DNA of 64,000 nucleotides from Octopus sinensis (taxonomy: Eukaryota), in contig NC_043004.1 of NCBI RefSeq assembly GCF_006345805.1, positions 15,438,001 through 15,502,000 of the forward strand, written 5' to 3'. The notes beneath the pieces were generated by a model, which worked only from the letters and a program-made list of their open reading frames with translations, ran no database searches and was not told the DNA's origin. Positions 1 to 13,070 of the stretch are shown one piece after another. The number at the start of each line of letters is the position of its first letter. The stretch's first letter is position 1. Both the position numbers and the translations under genes were made by a program.

Positions 1-175
1 GTAACAGTCAAATGACTGAAACAAGTAAAAGAGTAAGGAGGGGAGGGGTGAATTTATTAAAAAATGTTTTTTTGCATATTCGTAATCTCCGACATCTAAA
101 ACGTGGGAATCCGAAAATCACTTTTCAAAAAAATGCATTTCTCAAGAAGAGGTGCGAAACTGCATTAGCCTACTT

Positions 176-620
176 AGCGAACTTAACTGGTAGTTAATTT
201 ATCGACCCCTAATGGATGAACGACAAAGTCGACCTCGGCGGAATATGAACGCAGAACGTGACAGCAGAAAAAATACCTATTTCATTACTACCCACAGAAG
301 AGACAGACAAACGGATTACGTCGATTACTTAATTTATCGACCCCGAAAGGATGAATGGCAAAGTCGACCTCCGCGGAATTTGAACTCAACGTAGCGACAG
401 AAGAAATACCTATTTCTTTACTACCCACAAGGGGCTAAACACAGAGGGGACAGACAAACGGATTAAGTCGATTATATCGACCCCAGTGCGTAACTGGTAC
501 TTATTTAATCGACCCCGAAAGGATGAAAGGCAAAGTCGACATCGGCGGAATTTTAACTCAGAACGTAGTGACAGACGAGATACTGCTAAACATTTCGCCC
601 GGCGTGCTAACGATTCTGCC
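176..620 (-). mobile_element. tRNA-derived SINE (family I), head-to-tail trimer of the body
   Basis: Minus strand starts GGCAGAATCGTTAGCACGCCGGGC (A-box region), then a B-box-like GAGTTAAAATTCC and the body GTCGACTTTGCCTTTCATCCTTTCGGGGTCGAT. The body occurs three times; the same family recurs at 22.3, 23.3, 26.2, 30.0, 44.4 and 50.0 kb. Confidence 0.85.
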
Positions 621-1356
621 CGACCTGTAGAGGGCTGTGAGCACCTGACGACATTCTAGGTGGCAGGAACGCTGTCTCGATCTTTCAACACTCAGGACTG
701 TAGCTCCGTTAAGGCGACGAGTTGCGGAAATACGAGACTCACACACGTTCACCATCCAGAAATCGTTGCAGGTGGCGTAACCTGCGTATTAGAAGACACG
801 GCATACGTAATCCGACACTAAGAGGATGCTGGCAACATACTGACTTCCTTACCATTGGAACACGACCTTTCCACAAGAATTTAAATAGGAGACGCTTCAA
901 GCAGTAACCTGTAGAAGGCACGATGTTCAGGCGATAAAAAAATAACGGAGGCTATGTAAGCATTTTCCATCTCGGCCCGACCATCCAGGGTCAGCTTTCT
1001 TTCAGCCCATTCCTGGGTAAGACTGGAACACCTCGTCCCAGTTTTTATCAACCTGCAGGTCGGGATCAAACCAGACCCCGAGCGCTTTAACTGGTCAGTT
1101 GGTCCAGGGATCGGCGACGTCAGCCAATGACATTGTCCTGCCGCTCCAGTTGCCCAACTGCAAACCCACCGATTTGTCGGCGTTGATTTTAGCCTCCCTA
1201 AGATGGTGCCGACCATATTCCTTTAGGATAGTGCAGACCGTCACCACGTATTCATTTAGGATATTCATTTAGGGTGGTGCTGACCATCTTTACTTCAGAG
1301 GCGTCCGACACAATAACGCTGACATCGCCTTCGTATGCTGACACTTCGTATGCTGC
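621..1356 (-). mobile_element. Decayed L1/Tx1-clade LINE ORF2 fragment (end of RT and downstream region)
   Basis: Minus-strand translations give SAYEGDVSVIVS (degenerate YADD), AKINADKSVGLQLGNW, ALGVWFDPDL, WAERKLTLDGRAEMENAYIASVI and FKFLWKGRVPMVRKSVCCQHPL, the usual L1/Tx1 motif order. Frameshifted. Confidence 0.8.
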
Positions 1357-1406
1357 CCTTCCTTGTTACAGTTTGAAAAGAAAACCACTTAGCAGTCAAT
1401 AATAAT

Positions 1407-1965
1407 GCCCTGATTCAGTACTAGGCGTTAGCTCTTATGGGCTTCAGATCTTAACTGATTGGAGGTGTTATCATGTACATGTTTTGTTTTGGAATATAAG
1501 ATGGTCTATATCAAATATTCTGTTCAATACCACAGATATGCTTGTCAATTGTTTAACCTTAACCGGTTAAGCATGTCCCTTGGTGGCTGACAATATATGC
1601 ATCTCTGATGATGAGCAAAAGTAGTTGTGGGTGGGGGGCATCTTAGCCAAGTGTTGAGAGGCATTCTTTGGGATTTGAATAAATCAGATCTGGAAACGTG
1701 GGTGTTTAACTTGCCATCCTTAAACAAGCCTTATTCAGAGACATTTGGAGCATGATCGTCTACTTGACCTGAATAAAATTCTAACAGGCCACAACTGCAA
1801 GGTCATGCCCTCTTAATCTTCATATGTGATCACCATGTCGCGCAAACATGCTTGTAATACGTGCATCTGGTCTAATCTTTTGAGACAGGTAGTCATGATG
1901 GGTAGATTGGTTTTTGTATATTTTACTCCAGTACCACTTTGATGGCATGCGATGCTCCCACACTC
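1407..1965 (+). mobile_element. Unclassified ~550-bp non-coding interspersed element embedded in (AAT)n
   Basis: Reverse-complement homologous along its length to 53861-54393 and 54409-54950; (AAT)n on both sides; no ORF or TIR. Confidence 0.8.
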
Positions 1966-2133
1966 AATAATAATAATAATTCTTTCCAATACTGTCATTT
2001 ATACATCACCTGAAATTTGGGAATATATATATATATAATAATAATAATAATAAATATTAGGGAATAAATCCAAATTTACAGGGAAAAAATCAGATTTAGG
2101 ATTAAATCCAATTAAATCTAATTAATATTATAT

Positions 2134-2177
<44 letters not shown>

Positions 2178-2184
2178 TATATAC

Positions 2185-2705
2185 AGTGTACATTTAAACA
2201 CATCAGAGATTACCATAATAGGACATCTGACTCACTAGAAGGAGCAGTTAAAACTAATGGTTGGAATTCTGAAACGGAATGAACAATAAAAAACATTTAC
2301 CCTATCTTTCCTGGAGTATGCATAGTTTTGGCAATCTTATGTAAATAAACTAATTTTAATTTACAGCTGGCGTTGCCTCGTCAGCAGAAGGCCAAGACTC
2401 ACACATAGACACGAGGCGATAAAGAAGATGTCTCGTGTTTATATGTTATAATTTTTAAAAATCCTCCGCGTTGTATGTTATATGTTATAATTTATCAAAA
2501 TCCTCCGCCTGTTGTAAATTAAAATTATTTTATTTTATTTACATAAGATTGCCGGAACTATGCATAGTCCAGGAATTATAGGGTAAATGTTCTTATTTTT
2601 AATTCCCTTTAAGAATTGCAATCATTAGTGTCTTGGAGTTTTAGCTGCTCTTTCTAGTGAGTCAGATGTCCTATTATGGTCATCTCTTATGTGTTTAAAT
2701 GTACA
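2185..2705. repeat. Imperfect inverted repeat (arms ~2185-2365 and ~2515-2705), Penelope-pLTR-like
   Basis: GTACATTTAAACACATCAGAGATTACCATAATAGGACATCTGACTCACTAG... is mirrored by ...CTAGTGAGTCAGATGTCCTATTATGGTCATCTCTTATGTGTTTAAATGTAC. Confidence 0.85.
2309..2389 (-). ncRNA. Degenerate type-I hammerhead ribozyme motif
   Basis: Minus strand TTCTG-CTGACGA-GGCAA...TTGCC-AAAAC-TATGCATA-CTC-CAGGA: stems I and II and CUGACGA intact, GAAAC and GUC mutated. The opposite arm keeps GGAAC-TATGCATA-GTC-CAGGA. Confidence 0.65.
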
Positions 2706-2913
2706 CTATGAATAATATATAGCCTATTGAGTAATTTTTTCCTTCTCGCTAGACCACTGGTAGCAAAGAATTTTTCTATAATTTTTCGCTACCCCAAGAT
2801 TTATTAATATATATATATATATATATATATTTCGTTTCAATATGTGACCGCGGGTGTATCGTTGGATATTTTCTTTCTCCGTCTTCCCTTCCATGGACTT
2901 TTCCTTTTTTTAT

Positions 2914-2947
2914 ATTTCTGACGAAGATCTCCGCTCGAAACGTTAAA
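2914..2947 (+). ncRNA. Minimal Penelope-type hammerhead ribozyme motif
   Basis: ATTT-CTGACGA-A-GATC-TCC-GCTC-GAAAC-GTT-AAAT: 4-bp stem I, stem II with one mismatch, palindromic ACGT stem III. Confidence 0.55.
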
Positions 2948-3948
2948 TCCTCCTTCTTTCTTTTCTTTCCTGGGCGTCCAATAACACTATACTTGTTCCA
3001 CATCCTCGCGTTGTTGTGTTTTCTCTTTGTTCAAGTTTCAATTAACTACATATAAATATATATATATATAAGTAAGAGTTTGTGTCTGTATGTATGTATT
3101 TATTATTGCGTGTGTCTGTATGTATGTATGTGCGCCTGTGTCCGTACGTATATGTATGTGTGTGTGTGTGTGTATGTGTGTGTACCGTTCAGACTATGCG
3201 ACACCGACATACAACACACTGAATGACATCTAAATGGTCGTAAAAAATGATCTTACTACGTGCTTTGGGGAATGATTCAGGAAATCATTAATATTCTTGT
3301 ACATCCTATATATACACCCACACGCACATACATACACACATATACAAGCAATAAAAGACAGACGTAAGCATCACATCTTTTAGTATGTTAACTATTTTTT
3401 GCTTCCATCTCATGGTAATATTTTATGCCTTTTTTTGTTTGTTTTAATAGTTTCCTGTTCCCTTACTCTTCATAACCTTTGTCTATTTTCCTTTATAACT
3501 ATATTTATTTATTTTTGTATAACCATTCCCTATCGTTATGCCAGAGCATACAACACATGCATACATGAGTTTGCATATTTTTATTCATTTATGAATATTC
3601 TGTTAAGTGTCGAAGTATGTCATGGATATTTTTTGCTCATTTGTTAATTAGATTTTCTAATCTTTTAATGTAATTTCAGCTTTTTAGTTGATTTCTTCAT
3701 GCGAGCAGCGCATATAAAGCAATCTAAATAATAATAGACTTTCAGAATTTTTGCCCCAGATTTAGTTTCGAAAGTTAAACAGAGCAGAGGAGCTAGCCTA
3801 TATAGTAAATAATTAAGTAATGAATATATTCTGCATAGTAAGATGTATTGAGTGTCTTGTAAAAATTGACTAACTGGAGATTTTTAAAATCTATACGCGT
3901 TTTATATATCTACATAACAGCCATGAAAAATATTTTCATGTGTATATG

Positions 3949-3952
<4 letters not shown>

Positions 3953-4007
<55 letters not shown>

Positions 4008-4024
4008 ATATATATATATATATA

Positions 4025-4088
<64 letters not shown>

Positions 4089-4108
4089 CATATATATATG
4101 TATGTATG

Positions 4109-4130
<22 letters not shown>
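3953..4130. repeat. (TA)n-rich microsatellite
   Basis: Direct inspection; source of the IYIY ORFs. Confidence 0.95.
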
Positions 4131-4140
<10 letters not shown>

Positions 4141-5569
4141 ACAAGCCACCCTTATTATCTTAGCTAAACCTAAAGTTACGCTATCATTTCCATCACCTAT
4201 GAATGGCGAACCACCACCTTATGATTTCTAGTAAATAAAGGTACATAACCAAACCCAACGCTCTAAAATATTTTAATGTTAAAATATATAAAAACATGTT
4301 CCCTACAAAGATAATCCTATCAATATCGAAATGCTTTTCGTTCGTAGTATGATTGTTAGTTCCTAATCGATATGGGCTAAAGACATTAAACATAACTTCT
4401 GTAAATAGATTTAAACCAATCTTATCAAACCATTTACTTGTTGCTTTCAGCTCAGTTATATTCCAGATTTAGAATGTTCTGTGTAAACCAAATTTTCTGT
4501 TTCTTATAGGCAACGTGCGTTAAGAAAAAAATCAAATAATATTAATTTATTCAGCAATAGCTATTTGTTAATTTTGGAAATGTTTATGATGCTTAATGGG
4601 AAAAATGCTACGTAGGTTAATGAAAGCCTGCATTTGGGATAAATCATAGACATACCATGAAGCAGATGGAAATAATTTTTTCAGATAATGCAGGTTACAA
4701 CTAACCCTAGAACCCTATAAATATGCAATTTGAAAATCAAATCAAACAACATTACTCATCCATAATAAGTCTTAGCAAAAGGAATTCTAAGGCCCTCTTA
4801 CACTTCCATAAATATTCTAACATTAAATACACAGAAAACTGCAACTACTTATTCAGCTCCCTGCAATCAAATTTATTAGATTAATGTTCAGCAACATTAT
4901 AGGTCAACATTTCACACAAACGGTTCCTTTATTTCTTGATTGAGCAAACTGGAAGAGTTAGCATACTTCTAGCAAATTGTACGATCATGGGTTCTGTTGC
5001 GTCGAGGTGAGAATATATTTCATGCCTTTGTAACAACAAACCACCAGCCATATACTTTCACGTGCAATTGACATTCATTGGTAAGTATTGCTCTTGAACC
5101 ATACGACACACTAATGAAACGTGGTTACATTTTGTTTCTTCCCAATAATAAATGGGGAAACATGCGAACAATTCCAATCTTAATAGCAACATTTTCTTTA
5201 ACTGACACCTCTTCAGTCTATGAATCTATGAAGTTAAAAAAGAGCAGTGTATATCGACGATAATATATTTGAAAAATTTCAGCTATGGCACCCTCTCCAT
5301 ACACAGCACAAATGTCGCGAGCGGCTTTTGCGGCCTTAAAACTTTGATTAAAAGCAAAAATGAGATGTCGAAAATGCTCGTTTTACTTAACTTGACATTC
5401 CATTTTAATGATCTGAAAATTAACAAAAATTATCTAAAATTAACTAGAAAAAAAAAAAAGATTCCAAAATGTTTCAAAAACAGAATTCTAGAAAAAAATA
5501 GATTCCAAAATTTAAAATCGCAATAAATTCCCAAACTTAAAAGAACCGCGGGATATATATTTGCAAACC

Positions 5570-5950
5570 CTATACATATGGCACTCCGTCGGTTACGACG
5601 ACGAAGGTTCCAGTTGATACGATCAACGGAAGAAGACCGCTCGTGAAATTAACATGCAAGTTGATGAGCACTCCAGAGACACATGTACCCTTAAAGTAGT
5701 TCTCGGGGAGATTCGGTGTGACAAAGATTGTGACAAGGTTGGCCTTTTGAAATACAGGTACAGTAGAAACAGGAAGAAAAAGTGAGAGAAAGTGAGAGAG
5801 AGTGGTGAAAGAGTAGAGCAGGTTTAGCCGGAGCAACCTGGAGATTTAGATGTTTTCGCTCAATAAACACTCACAACGCCCGGTGTGGGAATCGAAACCG
5901 CGATCCTATGACCGCGAGTCCGCTGCCCTAACCACTGGGCCATTACGCCT
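5570..5950 (-). mobile_element. tRNA-derived SINE (family III head)
   Basis: Minus strand AGGCGTAATGGCCCAGTGGTTAGGGCAGCGGACTCGCGGTCATAGGATCGCGGTTTCGATTCCC with A- and B-boxes; same head at 34362, 41320 and 43167. Confidence 0.85.
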
Positions 5951-5953
5951 TGA

Positions 5954-5993
<40 letters not shown>

Positions 5994-6734
5994 AATGAGT
6001 GTGTGTGTGTATGTAGATTTAAATAGATGGATAGACAGGCACACAAACACTTACATACACGCACACGAACACGAATGTGTGCACACGTGCATTCATATAT
6101 ACACATACATATATACACATCACACACACATGTATGTATGTATGTATCTATCTATTTATATTCTAAATGTTAGACTTTAATAATAAATAACATACTAAAT
6201 GCGCGTTAGCAAGTGTCTGCATTCCTACATTTAAACAAACATATAAACATATACATACATACACACAAGCACACACAAACACACACACGCACACACATAT
6301 ATATATACATACACATTACTTACTTTATTTAATACATCTACATATATATATACATATATGCATGTTGGTATGAGGAGAGAGACCAAGTATTTATTGCACT
6401 TGTCATACCATAATTATTTGTGACCATCATATCGTATTTGAACAAACGCGTAACCATAAACAAAGATGAAAGAAATATGAGATGTTCGTCATAGATTAAT
6501 GGAGTAACGAGGCTATAAAGATAACGGTTGATAAACTACATTAATGCAGTCGGGTGATAGAGACAAAAATTCCTACTTAGGAAATATTTTGTTAAACTAA
6601 ATAAGCATTATTTCGTATTCGTTGAAAATGTTACAGCATGAGATTATTTATGCTGATGTAGTAGACTAACCCACATTATTAGAATATGTGTCTACGTTCA
6701 ATGCATGCATATAGTTTTGCAGAATTAAAATATC

Positions 6735-6743
6735 AATATATAT

Positions 6744-6821
<78 letters not shown>

Positions 6822-6851
6822 ATGTATATATATATGTATATATTAGAAGAA

Positions 6852-6893
<42 letters not shown>

Positions 6894-7030
6894 GTATGTT
6901 TATGTATGTATATATATATGTGTGTGTGTGTGTGTGTTTAGAAGGCATGTATGCATGTGTATATATAAATACACATACACACAGGCATATACACTGACAC
7001 ATACGCACACACACACATATACATATATCT
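6735..7030. repeat. Compound (TA)n/(TG)n/(CA)n microsatellite
   Basis: Direct inspection. Confidence 0.9.
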
Positions 7031-7469
7031 ATATATATTTAGGCACTTTCAGATGACTGTATCTCTATATAATTCCAATTATTTTCAAGTGAATGTGAGA
7101 GAAAAACCAATTTGTCGGCACAAGTATTTTTCTGGTCGTCGAATACTCACGTTCGCACGCGAGCGCACACACACACACAGTTACGCACAGGCACACACAG
7201 GCGCGCGCGCAAATAGAAGAAGGTCGGGATCAAAAGTTGTGTCCTTGGTTCTTTTCGAAGCATAATGACAAAATTACATTTTATGAAAATCATACAAGAT
7301 TATATAGGAAGTTTGTTACCGAGAGAAAGTCAAGTTTATAGAAAATCATAATTCCCTGGGATAGAAAAATTTGAATGAGGCGATGAGCAAATATCTTAAA
7401 AATGGGTCACTAAAGTATAGAGAAGTATCTTATCTCAACGAATCATTCCCATAGTAAGGCGGCAGTAGA

Positions 7470-9085
7470 AGAAGCCAGGGTTGTCAAAATTGGAAAATCA
7501 AAGACGCAAACTTTCTATAGATTTGCAAAATAGTCTGCTCACCCGGTACCAGTTATGACCACTGTTCAAAGAATATGGTTAACTGAGCACACCCGCCCCA
7601 TCAATTGATAAGTGAAGTAATGAATATGTAATGCATAAATATTTACAGATCCTTGTTGAAACACATACGAATAAATATGCTAGATGACTTCATTACAGAC
7701 AACGTAATGAGCGATTACAAAGAAATAAAGACAACTGAATTAATATCAGTCATTGATGAAATTACCTTAATCTTACCTAATGGTCCTGTTGGATTCTCAG
7801 TAATCCTTAAAACAAAAATGCAAAAAGGACCTGAGCTAGACTACTGCAGATTCTTTATCCAGATCGCCCTTGCAAGTGACGCACTTCCCAAAATGTGAAA
7901 CGAGGGTTTAATATATTCCATCGATAAAGAAGAATGCAGAACGAATTCCGAAAATTTATAGCCCAGTCTCTTTAATATTACATGTCACGAAAATCATGAA
8001 AGGAATTATCAGGAGGAAGCTGATCACATTCCTAGATGGTAATCGATTGCTCTTTGATTCCAAACATGGCTTCCGCTCAGAAGGACGCTGCTTCATACAG
8101 CTTCTGTAGTAATATGATTCAGTGTTGGAACAACTTATAAATCACTCAAACGTAGCTGTGAGATATCACAAAGGTCTTTGGTAAGGTTGATCACGAGATG
8201 ATATGGCACAAGGTAAAAGAACCCGATATAGTCGGAAAACTAGGTGAGTGGTTACAAGATTACTTAAAAACTAGAAGCCAAGTTGTAGAAAAGAAGGTGC
8301 CCCTCTCCAAGGAGAGATTAATAGTGAATGCTGTACTTGCCTAGGGACCACTGCTGTTTGTGGTGGCTCTCTTGAACATGCCATCATTTACAAGTTGAGA
8401 GGCTCTTACTAGCTATGCTGAGGATACATAAGTAGATGAAGCACCTCAGAATCTCTTCAATGCTAATCTTCTGCAGAAAAATCGCGATGCAAAATACAAA
8501 TGGAGTGAAGAAAGGAAAATGCAGTGAAAGGTAGGAAAATCCCAAGCCTTCCGCTATCAGGCAGCGTGTGCTAACGCGTTGCAACAAAGATTCTTCAGAC
8601 TAAAATGAGCGGCAGTACCAGAGTCAAACATGGCGCGTCAGATGGAAATTAATATAAGCTTGGATGCTTCGTTTAGTGTACATATCACCAATACGTGGTT
8701 ATTCACACAGGAATGACCGGATGGATTCCGAAAACTTTCTGAAAAAATTACCAGGAAATAGGCTGTTCTTATGGAAGACATTTGTTCTCAGTTGTTCTAA
8801 CTACTGCTCTTAAACATCATGATCCAACAGCGTCATGTTAATAGCGGAACTCGAGACAGTTCAGCGATACAACACCAAGAAAACTGCATCATAGCAACAT
8901 TTGATACTAGAACACACTGAAAGAATTACGACTCAACTGTTTGGTGCAGTCATACACCTATGGAAGATACCAGAATATTTGGCACCAAGCTTTGGTATAG
9001 AGAGTAATAGAGAAAAGGATGTTACTGCACTGTTCCAAAGATTTTACAATCTCAGCGAAGATGCGAACAACGTACTGCAATAGCT
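7470..9085 (+). mobile_element. Heavily decayed CR1-type LINE ORF2 (RT and 3' region)
   Basis: Remnants in order: FYRFAK; pre-RT PVSL..H..KIM; KHGFR; (F)GKVDH; KLGEWLQ..LKTRSQV; LGPLLF; YAEDT (YADD); and AVIHLWKIPEYLAPSFGIES. Many stops and frameshifts. Confidence 0.75.
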
Positions 9086-9357
9086 TGGTTGAAGGAAAGT
9101 TTCTAAAGTCTTGTTGTAGTTCCATTAGTGATATCGGATTTTCAAAAGAGGTTTATATTTTGTGATAAAGTATGCTTCTTTGCTGATGCGCTGCACCTCA
9201 ATTTATAGTGGGGAAAAAAATCTGAAGTTGGGTTGTTCGTAAGTGACGCAAATATTGATGTGGTCGCTTAATTCCATTTTTACTGTATTCTCGTATTTTA
9301 ATCTGGGATGTATGTACCGTCATCCTCTGACGTAAACTGGTTTTAGTTTGACCAATA

Positions 9358-9526
9358 TCTTCTTCTTCTTCTTCTTCTTCTTCTTCTTCTTCTTCTCTTC
9401 TTCTTCTTCTCTTCTTCTTCTTCTTCTTCTTCTTCTTCTTCTTCTTCTCCTTCTTCTTCTTCCTCTCATTCTTCTTCTTCTTCTTCTCCTTCTTCTTCTC
9501 TTCTTCTTCTTCTTCTTCTTCTTCTT
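9358..9526. repeat. (CTT)n microsatellite
   Basis: Direct inspection. Confidence 0.95.
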
Positions 9527-9654
9527 TCTCCCTACCTACCTACCTACCTACAAGGCATTCACAAAGGACTAGAGTGAGTCAGAGAAAGACAGACTGTCTG
9601 AAATCTCTGGAAATATTTACCTATTCAAAGACTATGAAAATATCCACACAACAT

Positions 9655-9719
<65 letters not shown>

Positions 9720-9720
<1 letters not shown>

Positions 9721-10048
9721 TTCAGATGAATATGTTACTTAAGTTGAGGCTCCAGAATTTAGTATGGTATTATCCATACAATTTCAAAATAAGGTGATTA
9801 AAATCCATATAAGCAGCAAGGATATCCAGAGGTAATGCAGTACGTTTCATGCGACTCCATTTAATTGAACAATGTAAACATTAAATGATTGCATTGTTCA
9901 ATTAAATGGAGTCACATGAAACGATCGTACTGCATTACCTCTGGACATCCTTCTTGTTTTTTCTCTTCTGATTTTAATCACCTTGAAATTGTATGGATAA
10001 TACCATACTAAATTCTGGAGGGTCAACTTAAGTACCATATTCATCTGA

Positions 10049-10051
<3 letters not shown>
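9720..10051. repeat. Fold-back element with ~155-bp inverted arms
   Basis: ATTCAGATGAATATG...AATTGAACAATG mirrored by CATTGTTCAATT...CATATTCATCTGAAT; short spacer; microsatellite flanks. Confidence 0.9.
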
Positions 10052-10123
<72 letters not shown>

Positions 10124-11433
10124 TGTGTGTGTGTGTGTATGTGTGTATTGCTTATTTATCATTTTAGGTCTTGCAATATTGGTGTTGACACCTAACATTT
10201 TATGAAGGTAAGACTTCATCAGTAATAAGAATGGGTTTTGTGCTCGGTGACAATTTATTAGATGTTTATTATTAAAAAGCATTGTCAGATGTAAACGAAA
10301 GCTACAAATATAAACATCCAGGAATTCAATCGCTAGTGTGAGTCACAACCCCCAAAGGAAATGAATAATAATTACCTAGGAACACATGCATAATTAAAAA
10401 CATTTTGCCCAGTAAACAAAAGGATATAACACTCGCATGAGTTATTGCATTAAAAGTACATTTATATTTGTAATGTTATACATTTCATATATTCTCAAAC
10501 ATAATATATGTAAATACTATATATAGGTTTAGATATGTTATTTATAATAATATAAAGGAAGAAAGAATTAATCTCTTATATCTATAACAACTGCCAACTA
10601 GCCTCTGATGATCTATTATCACTTTTAGGCGAAATATGAAACATATACAAGAAAGCAATTCTTCCTTGTGTAAAGTATAACACATGACCAAAAGTTACTT
10701 CTTTAATATAGTATAAGTACAATTGGTTTCTTATCTGATGAAGACATTGTTCCAACATAAACTTAGCAGTAATAGCGAAAACAAAGAGCCGAATGGCTAT
10801 ACATATATACTGTTACATCGATTTTTTTTTGCCAAAGGAGAAAAAAAAGAAAACTATAGAGTTTACGATGTTACTATTTTTGCGGATCATCACTTCTAAT
10901 TACCAAATACACTTATGCTACTCAACGGGATAATTAACTATAACTTTAGTAGTAGAAGCACACTTGTGTTTTATAACCTCAATTCTATTTTAACGATCTT
11001 TAAAAAGAAATTCGACTGATTTTATACATTTTGTTATCTTTCTACCTGTACATTAAAATAGTTTCTAGACACAATTTATTAGCTTTGGATTAAATCGCAT
11101 TACATATCAAGTATTCAAGTGTTTCAATGCCAATATATAATGCTCTGAAATACTTTCCAAGCAAACGTTTTCTTTTCCACTCAAATAGATAGACAGATAA
11201 TGATATATTTCGGAGAATCTACAAACATTGTTTACTTGGTTGACTATTTAAAATGATTTTAATCAGCTCTACACAATCTACTACGGAATGCATCGATAGC
11301 AACTTGTTTGAAATAATCTGTAACTTTTTTTATGAGAGTGAATGTGGCCATATAATGCTAATGTATGATGTAGTTTTATGAGATTTTATAGGAATGAATG
11401 CACGTGAATATCTATCTCTCTACCAATCTCGCA

Positions 11434-11517
<84 letters not shown>

Positions 11518-11521
<4 letters not shown>

Positions 11522-11715
11522 ATTATTTGCCAAAATAATGTGGCAGTCCTGGTTAGGACGATTGTTACAGTTATTTACGGTAAACTTCTTTGTTCGAAAA
11601 TATAAGGACGCAGAAAATGTGTCGTGTAGCGAGCTGGAGACGATGTTTCTTGCGACTAAATAACAATAACATTCGTCCTAACCAGAACTGCCACATATGT
11701 TGGCAAATAATCTTT
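11518..11715. mobile_element. MITE-like element with ~50-bp terminal inverted repeats
   Basis: AAAGATTATTTGCCAA..ATGTGGCAGTCCTGGTTAGGACGA mirrored by TCGTCCTAACCAGAACTGCCACAT..TTGGCAAATAATCTTT. Confidence 0.7.
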
Positions 11716-11789
11716 ACTCTAGAGTACTGTTACTGAATGTTTCTCATTCAGAGATTTAGATATAATAATTTTCTGTTTATATATAAAGC

Positions 11790-11951
11790 AGAGGCGTGGC
11801 TGTGTGGTAAGAAGCTTGGTTCCCAACCACATGGTTATGGGTTCAGTACCAGTGCCTGGCAACTTGGGCAAGTGATGATTTTTCTATAGCCTTGGGCCGA
11901 CCAAAGCCCTATGAGTGGATTTAGTACACAGAAACTGAAAGAAACCCGTCG

Positions 11952-12012
<61 letters not shown>

Positions 12013-12210
12013 TATGTGTACCCCCACCATCACGTGACAGCCGGTATTGGTGTGTTTACGTCGCTGCAACTTAGCGATTTAGAAAAAGAAAACGATAGTA
12101 TAAATACTAGGCTTACAAAGAATAGGTCCTGGGGACAATCTGTTCGACTAAAGGCAGTGCTCCAGCATGGCCGCTGCCAAAATGACTGAAAAGAATAAAA
12201 GTATAAAAGA
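11790..12210 (+). mobile_element. CORE-type tRNA-derived SINE (family II) with internal (TA)n(TG)n
   Basis: Head GGCGTGGCTGTGTGGTAAGAAGCTT with GGTTCAGTACC box, CORE-like CTTGGGCAAGTG, internal microsatellite, tail ending AATGACTGAAA. Confidence 0.85.
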
Positions 12211-13070
12211 ATATATATATATATATATATATATAACCCCACAAATGCTGTAACATAAATGATCTAATAAGCTTGCCTTGCGTTGATTTTGGTTTTTCTC
12301 TTCCTTTAATTTATACCCTCAGTGTGTGCATGGGCTTGTCTGTGTGTGTGTGTGGATGCATATGTAAACGATATATCGTATGTACGCGATATAAGCTTAT
12401 CAATTGGAGTCTTTAATTGTATGCAGATTTTGAGGCCAATGTTTTGTTTTAAATTATTAATAATGCTGACATTGCTAATCTAAGGGTACTTTGTTTTTCT
12501 GAGATTTATATAAACCTCGAAAAGCAATTGCGGGTCCCCATCTCCAGCTCCCGTTGTGAACTTGGATCCTAAAAGGTTATCACTTGGAGCACTCAGCGCA
12601 CCAATTAGTTTATTCTGTATATTAAAGATTCCTCTTATTCTGTATATACGTGTGGTGAGTATGCATGTGTGTATGTATTTGTCCCTGTGTGTGCACGTGA
12701 ACACGCAAGCACGCATGCGCGTTTGTGTATGTTTGGGCTGCTAAAAAGGCAAATGTGTTCGCGTTTAATATGTTCTATTAATGATTTTTTTTTTCATATT
12801 TCTTTAGTGGTCCTTTTAATTCAGTTAGGAAAATCCTTGTTTTTAAGGTTCCCGATCTTTCTAGAATTTAGCTTCTCAAAGAAGTCCTGCATTCATGAAT
12901 TAGACTGTATAGTGTTCCTGCAATAATGTTATAACTGAGGAAATATTCGTCATTTGATTTTAAAATTTAGTCGTTATTTCTAAGTTACTATCAACAAAGT
13001 AAACGATATAAATTTATCAATAGGAGTTTTTAATTCAGTTCTATATTTAGGAGATGAGGAATTATTTACA

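Noticed and set aside
3866-4231. ORFs of IY, YI, HT, CV, poly-L, poly-Y, poly-M or poly-S repeats here and throughout the track
   Set aside because: They are translations of microsatellites.
10605-10640. CTGATGA...GAAAT
   Set aside because: No convincing stem II or cleavage triplet.
11600-11680. Minus-strand GAAAC-ATC-GTC inside the MITE-like element
   Set aside because: No CUGANGA at the right distance, so kept only as a TIR element.
12520-12620. Coding-looking stretch (GSPSPAPVVNLDPKRLSLGALSAP on the plus strand)
   Set aside because: Splice signals are weak, both strands are partly open, and no protein is recognised.
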